Assembly (NCBI RefSeq): GCF_036321535.1
Contig: NC_087436.1
Location: 9,982,001-10,046,000, forward strand
Direction of reading: 5' to 3'
Source of the DNA: Camelus dromedarius
Taxonomy: Eukaryota
DNA: 64,000 nt
The number at the start of each line of letters is the position of its first letter. Positions within the stretch are counted from its first letter, which is position 1. Below the pieces are notes generated by a model that did not search any database, was not told where the DNA came from, and saw nothing but the letters and a program-made list of their open reading frames with translations. Position numbers and translations under genes: made by a program. Shown here piece after piece: positions 26,407 to 36,290 of the stretch.

Positions 26407-26945
26407 TGTTGGGTCTCAGGGTGGGCTTCAAAATATGCCACAGTGGCATATTGATTATTTAAAATTAAAGTTACTTAAGAAATGACCAGTGCAAGAGAGA
26501 AACTCTGACCCTCCGGCTCTGTCTCCCAGAAAACAGAGAATAAATCTCCCACGTGAAAGGCGCACTCCCTGCATGTGGAGGTAGGACACCTTTACTGCCA
26601 GAGATAGGGAGTTTGGACAGAGAAGCTTTGCTGCAAGGCTTACAAACAAGCCTTGTTACTTCTTTAATTTACTACCCCAAGCCCAAACTCTGTTTAGACT
26701 CCTTACTAAACCAAAACCTAAGTTCCTTTGTCCCATCAAATCCTCACAAATGTATTCCTTCTTTGTCTAGAAAGTGTAAAAGTTGCCTCATTGACCGACT
26801 TCCTAAGTCCCATTTCTATGAGACCTCCTTGTGTGTAATCAAAATGTGTTTCTATTTCTCCTGTTAATCTGTCTTGTGCCAACTTTCTTATTACTCCAGC
26901 CCCAAGAACTCAAGACAGGGACGGGGGACATTTCCCCCACTCGTG
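26407..26945 (+). mobile_element. ERV1 LTR (MER34-like) ~0.8 kb upstream of the NPY5R CpG island
   Basis: Starts TGTTGGGTCTCAG; AAAATATGCCACAGTGGCATATTGATTATTT; TTTCTCCTGTTAATCTGTCT near the 3' end. Confidence 0.7.
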
Positions 26946-27719
26946 GACAGTCGTCACAGTAGGGTTCATCTGGAAGCTGTTTTACGTCCAATGGTACTGG
27001 AAGGAGGCGTCTGCTGTAACTGTGCAGGGATGGGAGGCTAGGAGTTCCTGTGGTCATGGGCGGTACCTCACTGCACAGATGCTGGAGTGAAGAAAGTCTC
27101 CCAACCAAGCTTTTGTTTCCTCTCCAGGCTCCCCTGCTCGGCGCTTCCACCTGGTCCTCACTCACTGCAGAACCCCGTGGGCCTGTTCACACTGCCTATC
27201 GTTAACACGGCCAAGGAGGACGCACTGGGTCTAAGAGCTCTCGGATGGCCCTTCGGCTGATACAATAACAATCTAGACGGATCCCCTGAGTATCAAATGC
27301 TAACATTTAGCAGGAGAAGGCCACAAGAATTTTTCTCTGACCTCCGGGATAACAGCTAGTGTTTGCTGCCCCCAGAAATTACATTTACAAGTAGCCTTGC
27401 TCCCAAGGGATACAGGCCAATCTTACGGGACTGGCACTTGTCCCCATACATGCGATACTGGGACTGTCACATAACCGTTTTCAGTTGTAAAATGCACAAT
27501 AAATACACCGTTTTCCGGTCTCTGCTATGGTCAAACACATATGGACCTCTCCCTAATCTGTGTGTGTGTGTGCGTGCGTGGCCTGAAGTACCTGACAACT
27601 GGTAACTGAAGATAAGGCATATGTGTGCAATACATACTTGGAGGCACTGGGGATGGAAATCACGTTGAGAAGAAACGGGAGGACAAGTTTTGTTTGTTTT
27701 GTCTTTCTAACCTCTTTTC

Positions 27720-28900
27720 ACCCCCGTCCTCTTTCACCGCCGCGCAGCGGGGAGAAGCGTGGGCTCCGCTCCCTCCCCGCCCGCCCCGCGCCCACGCCTC
27801 GTCCCCGCGGCGCCGGGAGGAACCCGGTCCCCGTTCGCCCGGGCGTCTCCGCGCCCCCGCGTCCCCGCGTCCCCGCCGGCGCAGGCCGACCCCTGCCCGG
27901 ACGCCTCCCCGCCTCGCTACAAAAGGTGCGAGAAAGAGCAGTACTCTGCTTTGGTTGGGGTTTTTATTATTATCATCTTTTTTATTCCCCGAACAAAGAG
28001 AAAACCTGAGCCCTGAAGCTTTCTGGGGGCGCCCGGGCTCCGCGCGCACCGCGCCCACGCCGGCTCCGCACCCTGACTTCCCTGCGCGCCCGGCCCACGC
28101 GGCCTCGGCGGGCCCGGCCTGGGAGACCGGGTGCCAGAGGCCCCCGCCCCTCCTTGGCCCACCCGAAGGTAGGGGGCGCCCCGCGCCGGGCTCGGGGAGC
28201 GGGGTCCCGGGTCCCCGCGGGCTCAGTCACGTGCCGGGCGCCCCCCGTCCGGGTCCCCGCCGCCGCCGAGCGCAGAAGCGGCCGGGATCCCGGGAGCCGG
28301 GGCGCCCCGAGGTACGGGAAGGGCCGTGGGTGGGGGCGGGGGTCCCGGCGGGGGAACGGGCGACTCTCAGGCGCGGAGGGAGCTGGCGGGGCGCCGGCGA
28401 GGGGCAGGCGTCCCCCCGGGTGGGCGGGCAGGGCCGAGCGGGAGGAGAGTGTCGGGGGTCCGGCCGGAGCCGGGGAGGATGCAGCCCGCTGGGAGGGCGA
28501 ACTCCGGGCGGCTCGGCAGCGCTCGGGGCCGGGGTCCCCGCGGGGTCCCCGGGGGGTCCTGGGGCGCCGGCCACCTGCCTCGCCGCCCGCCGCTACCCGG
28601 TCTCCGCTCCGGGACCAGGTGCCGCCGTGACACAGCCCTGCGCCGCGAATTCCGAAACCGGGAATTTATCCCCGAGCTTGCGGACCTTTCGGTTGCCTTT
28701 TAAAGGAACCCAACCACCGTGTTGGATCGAAGCCCAAAGACTTGACGGTAGACGGCGGAAATCGCCTAAGGCGCTCTCAGCAGAATTTGCAGCCCAAATG
28801 CAATTTTTAAATTTCAGATTTCTCAAGGGAAGAGCAACTCTGCTGTTAGAAACGAGAAGAGAGGGTGGCGCGTGCTGGCGTGGTTATCGGCAGAGCGGAG
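27720..28900 (+). promoter_or_regulatory. NPY5R: CpG island, NPY5R promoter / first exon region (possibly bidirectional)
   Basis: Extremely GC- and CpG-rich; GC boxes; GTCACGTG at 28226-28233; candidate + strand donors at 27926, 28169 and 28312. Confidence 0.85.
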
Positions 28901-29755
28901 CTGTATTTATCTTTCCGATTCAAATTTTGGCAGATTCTGGCTTTAAAATAAATCATGGGAATATTTGAGAACGTGGAATCTCGCCATTGTTCCGGGATCA
29001 CGGCAAAGTAGGCAATGGTTGCTATTTTATCATGGTTAGAGGAGAAAAAAAAATACCTGTATTTTATTCTTTTGTGTGATGAGCATCATTTTTGAGAAGG
29101 AAGATGTGCATTTTCATAAGGCAGGAAATGAGCCTAACAGAGAAAGAGACCTTGTTTCAATATACAAGCTCAGTCTTGCAGTATCCTTTGAGTTCATGCA
29201 GTAGTTTCTTCCATTATTCTTTTCAACAGCTATCTACTTAACATATTTAAAGTCTATTTACAGGATTTCATTTGTCTTGGTGTCACATATAGATCAATTT
29301 TTATAAAACATTTTAATATGAAAAAATTACAATGTCTTTACAATCTTTTTAAAGACTCTCCACAATTTGACCAATAACTTTTTTTTTCACTTTTTAATCA
29401 GAGGATTAAAGTTTGATGTTTCAGCCTGGGAATTCTGATGGGTGGGGGTGGGGGTTAAAACTAGATCTAAAAAAGAAGATCAAAATCTGGTAATTAGGCA
29501 CCACAAAGGTTTCACATAGTCAGTGTCAGACTTCTAAAATAGCAGTTCATTTTTTAAAACATTCTCTCTTTAGCTATATTTCAGAATTTCTCTAATGATC
29601 TGAGATGAAGAGAAGTTTACATTTAACATTTGTTATATATAAAATATTTAGGTGGCTTAAAATTGTGCAACGTTCATTATAACACGTGTTGAAAAGCAGA
29701 TAATCATTAAAGAGATTTACATTTCCTCTATAGGCTTGCTTTTTGTGCTTTTCAG

Positions 29756-29774
29756 GAAAAAAGGAAGTGAAGGG
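29756..29774 (+). other. NPY5R: Candidate NPY5R 5'UTR micro-exon (19 nt; 41 nt if the AG at 29732-29733 is used)
   Basis: CTTGCTTTTTGTGCTTTTCAG|GAAAAAAGGAAGTGAAGGG|GTAAGT: strong acceptor and perfect donor. Confidence 0.6.
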
Positions 29775-30297
29775 GTAAGTTTAGGGAAAGAAATCCTTTG
29801 CGCTTTTTTTTCTTTCATTTTAAAGTTATTCCTCTACCATAGATTTTTCGATTTAAGAGAACAGAAGACTTGGATCTTAGTGGACAGAATTTTCTTAATG
29901 TATAAAATGCTGGCTGGCTACAAGGAGGCAATTTTAAAGAAACAACTTAGCGTTCCCTCCTTACCACTCCCCCTTTATTTGCAATATCCATTATTTGGTT
30001 GTAAGAAGTCATTCATCTGAGCAGACTGACAGACTGCTCCTTCAGTGCAGAGCACGGGATATTAGGTGTTGTTTGTAGATGGGGCCGAGTGGGGCTAGTG
30101 AAAGAACAGGGAAAGGTTAACTATGTAGTCATGTCCAAGTAAAATGAAGGAATGAATATTAAATGAATAAATGAATGTTAGGTGAGACAAAAGCATAAGG
30201 GGAAAATGATATCAATCTATCAATAAGTCCGAGTAAGTATTCGTGGTATTCGGCAACAATTCCAGAGTTCATGAAACAAGACCATCAGGAGAATGCC

Positions 30298-30322
30298 GTT
30301 CATTCATTCATTCATTCATTCA
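30298..30322. repeat. (TTCA)6 tetranucleotide repeat
   Basis: Read directly; typical L2 3' tail. Confidence 0.9.
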
Positions 30323-30862
30323 CCATCATCCACCTAGAGACTTCAATTTCCCAGGCACTTGCAGTTGGTAATTACTCACTGGGAACCTTGAATTAATCTC
30401 TTAGAATATTCCTCACACGGTACCTTGTGTTAGTTATCTTTACTCCGCCGGAGCCTGACCAACACTTGGCATATTAGATGTTCAATAAATGTACGTTGAA
30501 TGAATAAAGGAAGGGACCACTGATCTTTCTTAGCTATTCATTAACGAAGGGAGCTCCCCCTTTAAAATTATGTATAAATTAGCATTTTTTTAGGGAAAGA
30601 AAGACTCCTTGCCCTCAGTTTTTCCTGTATCCAGTGAATACTCAGGATGGCATTTCCTTCATCTGCTTACTAACAGGGCAGTGGTCTTTATAATTTAATG
30701 AATTCAATATATTATGTGCATATTTCATCATAGAAAAGTATTAGCGACCAACTCTGCAATCTGATGTGCTTCTTTGTCCTTTCAATAAAAGACATGTCGT
30801 AAATATTTTTTGCTATTTCAGTTTTATGTTGCTGTATGAGCCTTTATCAGTGAAGATACTGA

Positions 30863-33155
30863 CGGGCAGACCTCAGAGATATTACATGTTCGGTTCCAGA
30901 CCATCGCAATAAAGTGAGTCATGTAAATTTTGGGTTTCCCAGTGCATATAAAAGTCTGTTTACTCTAGACTGTGGTCGGTTAAGTGTGCAATAGCATTTA
31001 TGTCTAAAGAAAACAATGTACACACCTTAATGTTAAAACACTTTGTTGCTAAAAAGTGCTAACCATCATCTGAGCCCTCAGCGAGGGTAATCTTTTTGCT
31101 GGTAGAGGGTCTTGCTTTGGTGTTGGTGGCTGCTCACTGATGAGGGTGGTGGTTGCTGTAAGCTGGGCAGCTAAAGCAATTTCTTACAATAAGAACAACA
31201 GTGAAGTTTGCTACATTGATTGACTCTTCCTTTCAGGAATGATTTCTCTGTAGCATGCAATGCTGTTTGATAGCATTTTACCCACATTTAGAAACTTTTT
31301 CAAAATTGGAGCCTTGCAGACCCTGATGCTGTTTTATCAACTAAGTTGATGGAATATTCTAAATCCTCTGATGTCATTTCACAGTCTTCACAGCATCGTC
31401 ACCAAGAGTAGAGTCCATCTCAGGAAACCACTTTCTTTGCTCTTCTATAAGAAACAACTCCTCATCCATTAAAGTTTTATCATGAGATGGCAGCAATTCA
31501 GTCACATCTTTGGGCTCCACTTCTAATTCAAGTTCTCTTGCTATTTCCACCACATCTGCAGTGACTTCCACCACCGAACTCTTGAACCCCTCAGTGTCAT
31601 CCACGTGGGTTGAAATCAACTTCTTCCAAACTCTCATTCATGTTGATATTTTGACCTCTTCCCATGAATCACAAATGTTCTTAATGGCATCTAGAATGGG
31701 GAATCCTTTCCAGAAGGTTTTCAATTGACTTTGCCCAGATCCACCCAAGGAATCACTATCTGCGACAGCTGCAGCTTATGAAACGTGTATTAAGACTTGA
31801 AAATCAAAATCACTCCTTCTTTCACGGGCTGCAGAATGGATGCTGTGTTAGCAGGCAAGGACACGACGGTAATCTACGTCTCTGTCAGAGCTCTTGAGTG
31901 ACCAAGTGCATTGTCAGTGAGCAGTCATATTTTGAAAGTAATCTTATTTTTTTTTCCTAAACAATAGATCTCCATAGTGGGCCTAAAACATTTAGTAAAC
32001 CGTGCTGTCTGTCATCTAGGCTTTGGTATTCCATGTACAGAGCCTAAGCAGGGTAAATTTAGCATCATTCTGATTGGCCCTAGGATTTTCAGGTGGTAAA
32101 TGAGCACTGGCTCAACTTAAAGTCACCAGCTGCATTAGCCCCTACAAAAGGGTCAGCCCGTCCTTTGAAGCTTGGAAGCCAGGCATTGACTTCTCCTCTC
32201 CAGCTATGAAAGTCCTAGAGCCCATCTTCTTCCAGTGGAAGATCGTTTTGCTTACACTGAAGATCTTGTTGAGCGTAGCTACCTTCATGAATTAGCTAGA
32301 TCTCCTGGATAACTTGCAGCTTCTGCATCACCACTGGCTGCCTCACCTTGCATATTCACATCATGGAGACAGCTTCTTACCTTGAACCTCATGAACCAAC
32401 CTCTGCCAGCTTCAGACTTCTCTTCTGCAGCTTCCTCAGCTCTCTCTGCCTTCGTAGAGTGGAAGGGAGTTGGGGCCTTGCTCTCGGTTAGGCTTTGGCT
32501 TAAGGGAATGTTATGACTGATTGGATCTTCTACCCAGACCACTCACACTTTCTCCATCTCAGTGAAAAGGCTGTTTGCTTTCCTATCACTGTGTGTTCTC
32601 TGGAATAGCATTGTCAGTTTTCTTCAAGAATGTTTCCTTTGCATTCACAGCTTCAGCTGTTTGGTTCAAGAGCCCTAGCTTTTGGCCTATCTCAGCTTCC
32701 AATGTGCCCTCCTAAGCTTAATCGTTTTTAGCTTTTGGATTAAAGTGAGAGACGTGTGACTCTTCCTTTCACTTGAACTCTTAGAGGCCACTGTAGGGTT
32801 ATTAATTGGCTTAATTTCAATATTGTGTCTCAAGGAATAGGGAGGCCTGAGGACAGGAAGAGAGATGGGGAATGGCAGGTCAATGGAGCAGTGAGGATGC
32901 ATGACATATATGGATTAAGTTGCCCATGTGGCTGCAGTCCATGGTGCCCCCAAAGCAATTACAGTAGTACATCAAAGGTCACTGATCACAGAGCACCATA
33001 ACAAATAAAATAATAATGAACAATTTGAAATACTGAGAGCATTACCAAAGTGTGACAGAGACACAAAGTGAGCACGTGCTGTTGGAAAAATGGTAACGAT
33101 AAACTTGCTCTCTGCAGGGTTGTCAATTTGTTAAAAAAAAAAATATATATATATG

Positions 33156-33193
<38 letters not shown>

Positions 33194-33234
33194 AAGTGGA
33201 ATAAAATAAAGCACTATAGAATGAGATATACCTA
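30863..33234 (-). mobile_element. Near full-length Tigger1 (TcMar-Tigger) DNA transposon with decayed transposase
   Basis: Degenerate TIRs CGGGCAGACCTC (30863) and GAGATATACCTA (33223-33234) then TA; - strand peptides [17 protein letters not shown]...[12 protein letters not shown] and [28 protein letters not shown] match Tigger1 transposase. Confidence 0.92.
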
Positions 33235-33257
33235 TAATTTAAAATGCTCCAGTGCTA

Positions 33258-33366
33258 GGGCCATGGGAATAGCTCAGCGGTAGAGTTCATGCTTAGCATA
33301 CACAAGGTCCTGGGTTCAATCCCTAGGACTTCCATTAAAAAAATTTTTAAATAAAATAGAATTTTA
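33258..33366 (+). mobile_element. vic-1-like tRNA-derived SINE
   Basis: AATAGCTCAGCGGTAGAG...GGTCCTGGGTTCAATCCC, A-rich tail, AGTGCTA on both flanks. Confidence 0.85.
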
Positions 33367-33946
33367 AAGTGCTAAATTGTCACAGTTGCCTATGTAGGTG
33401 CTCTTCATTTCTTTTTGGGGCCATTTGAAACCTTGTCTAATTTCAGTGGTTCTAATATATGTGTATATGTAAACAGACATATATATATATATATATATAC
33501 ATATATACCCATATAGTCATGGTCTATCCTAAATTTGCCCATATTCCCAGGATGATTCATTTCTGTTACTTTAAAGCTAAGAAAATTAAACTACTCTTCT
33601 AAAATGACCAGCAACACACATTTACTTAGCCTCCACATGTATAGAGCACTCTGTTAGGCAGCGTTAGTATCATGAACATAATTAAGTCATTTCCCCTTTT
33701 CTCCATTGGAGTCTCACAGAGGACAAACCAGAGACATTGAAGGTACTCTGAATTTTCGACTCAAAACCATACTGTTTTAATTAGCACAAACTCTGCTGTG
33801 TATCCCCTTACTTCAGACTCCAGACAGTAATATTTTCTTCTCAAGGGGTGTTACCCTTCAGTTACATGTGGCAAGAAAGTGCCAAGCCATCATGGCACCT
33901 ACTAGCCTGTTTCTCTCTTGTCCTTTCTTGTTCCTACCTTGGTCAG

Positions 33947-33998
33947 GGGAGGCAATCAGTAACTCCTATGAACAATGAAAAAGGATTGTTTCCCAAAA
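33947..33998 (+). other. NPY5R: Candidate NPY5R upstream exon (52 nt) containing two ATGs
   Basis: Long pyrimidine tract 33906-33940 then GGTCAG|GGGAGG; donor AAAA|GTGAGT at 33999. Confidence 0.55.
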
Positions 33999-34429
33999 GT
34001 GAGTCAAGAGAAGATGACGCAGGATCATGGTAACAAATGGGCTGTGCACATGATGCATGTAAATAGGATGGTGAGCAAGCTAGGTGGACTGACTTCTGCC
34101 CCAGTTCTCCTTTTTAACTTGAGGCTGCATCAGTGTAAATCATTGGTTAGGGTCTAAGAATAAATGAGTAAGTTCCTGAGCTCTTGAATTCATTTATCTC
34201 GAAAGGGATGTAATTAGCTTTCAGAAATTCAGTCAACATAGACTCAGGTGTAGAAGTTGTGGAAAACTAAAACTTTAAAGTTTTCCCATGGTGCAACAAT
34301 GCTTATATCATCCTGTATGAAGATTGCTGTATATAAACTTGAAATTAAAGTTATTTGTGATGAATGTATGTACACAATACAATTTTCTATTTAGAAATGT
34401 ACTGGAGCAGGACTTACAAGTTCCTTATG

Positions 34430-34584
34430 TGTATTTATTTATTTGTGGGGGTTTTTTTAGGGGAGGAGGTAATTAGGTTTACTTACTATTCTTTTTGTTT
34501 TACTGAATGGAAGTGTGGGGGATCGAACCCCTGACCTCATGCATGCTAAGCATGCACTCCACCACTGAGCTATACCCTCCCCCC
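34430..34584 (-). mobile_element. vic-1-like tRNA-derived SINE
   Basis: Reverse complement reads GGGGGAGGGTATAGCTCAGTGG...GGTTCGATCCCC...CCTAATTACCTCC. Confidence 0.88.
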
Positions 34585-36045
34585 TTAGACATCCCTTATA
34601 AATTAAAGACACTAGTGTTTACTATTAATGTAAATAGATATGGATTTTTACAATTTTAAGTATAATTATCCAACTATTGATTTAGAAACAGGTTGATAAA
34701 CATATATCAATATGTAGGGAAAATGCTTTTTATAAACTCTCTATATTTCAAGATCTCTATAACGATGTATATTCATCAGAATTAATTAACTGTTGCTGTC
34801 CTGAGTATTCTGTAAGATGTTATTGTTAAAAAAAAAAATGGAAGTGCTTGCTTTTTTAAAGGGGAGGAGACATCCCTTTTGCCGCTTACTGGTGTATTCT
34901 AGGCAGTTTTGTCCTTCATTTGACAATACTGCCAGATCGCTTATATATGTAGTGGTATGTGTCATTAATAATATTACAGTATTAATTTCCTTGAAATGAA
35001 AACACTTATTATGGGATTTTATATCAATATCACAGCTACATTTAATGTTATGCTATGATATTTTCCTTAAACAACATGAATTTATTCTGTCTTTTTAAAG
35101 CTGAAATTTATTTTCAATTTTTAAATAAAAAGACAAACAGTTAATTTTTGACTTAAAAAAAAACAGAAGCCAGCTGAGCTGGTCAGTGGTTTAATTTATG
35201 ATAGTCTGCATGTCTCAGAGGACTGAGAATTGCTCATGGGATGATTTTGCTCACCAGGATTGTGTTCACATAGTCAGCAGTACCACTTGATAAACATTTA
35301 TTTAGTGCCTACTGTATACATGTAGGTTCTGGGGTAGCGTTTCTGTATTTGAGAGGCTCAAATCTGAAGACCTCATGAATTGGATATATTTAGGATACTA
35401 AACTTTTGTTTGAACTTTTCATCTTCCCATAAATACTTTTTTGTTTGAATTTTTCATGTTCTTATAAATATTTATTTAACACCTGGAATGGTGAAGTTAC
35501 CAGGCCGTGTTTTATGGTAGATACCACAGTGCAGAAGGGACAGTTTCTGCTTTTCCATTGCTTATACATAAATAAGGGAGACAGGTTTGCCTTGTAATTG
35601 CAGTGCAAAGCGAATTGGGTCATGTGGCATCAGACAGCTATAAATGGAAGAAAGTGGGGCTTCCGAAAGATCATGTCTAGTTGAAGAGCCCTGGGAACAC
35701 TTTAGGGCAGATGACTTTTAAGTGTGACCTTGATTGAAGTAGGAAAGGAAGGAATGAAGGAATGTTTAAGGTAAGATTATGTGACTACAGTTTGTATCAG
35801 GTACCTTGAATAGAGATCACTCTTAATTAGCTATTATAGAGATCTTGGGTTCTTACCCACATTTGCCTTTTCCTTCCCTTACATTATTTCTACATCAATT
35901 TGAAAAACGAAGTCTACTATTTTAACACAAGTTAACACACCCCATAGAGGTGATGATAGATTTAAACTTACTGTATTTATCATTGGCCATATCAGTGTCT
36001 GGTATTTGCACTATACTTGGAGCCAGTTAAAGATCTCACTAAACT

Positions 36046-36146
36046 GGTGGGGGTATATCTCAGTAGTAGAGCATGTGCTTAGCATGTGCAAGGTCGGTTC
36101 AATCCCCAGTACCTCTACTGAAAAAAAGAAAAGAAAAGAAAAAAAC
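36046..36146 (+). mobile_element. vic-1-like tRNA-derived SINE, ~130 bp upstream of the NPY5R coding-exon acceptor
   Basis: GGGGGTATATCTCAGTAGTAGAGCATGTGCTTAGCATG...GGTTCAATCCCCAGTACCTC, (GAAAA)n tail, CTAAACT on both flanks. Confidence 0.85.
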
Positions 36147-36290
36147 GCTAAACTTTCTTAAGAGATTTATAAGGTAATGGGAGCAGATTGTGAAATTTTG
36201 TTTTCTTCTTAGTGGATTAATATACAGTAGTCATGTAATTTGTTTTCAAGTTGCCAACTAATGTCTTTCTATTTTCAGCAGGAGTCTAAT

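Noticed and set aside
27625..28968. 447-aa ORF and many overlapping ORFs
   Set aside because: Low-complexity Pro/Arg/Gly/Ala translation of a CpG island where stops are rare; no recognisable domain
31374..32542. Domesticated Tigger transposase gene (TIGD-like)
   Set aside because: Only short ORF fragments separated by stops and frameshifts
36240..36290. 463-aa NPY5R start from the ORF track
   Set aside because: Begins at TTG inside the intron, upstream of the branch point and acceptor
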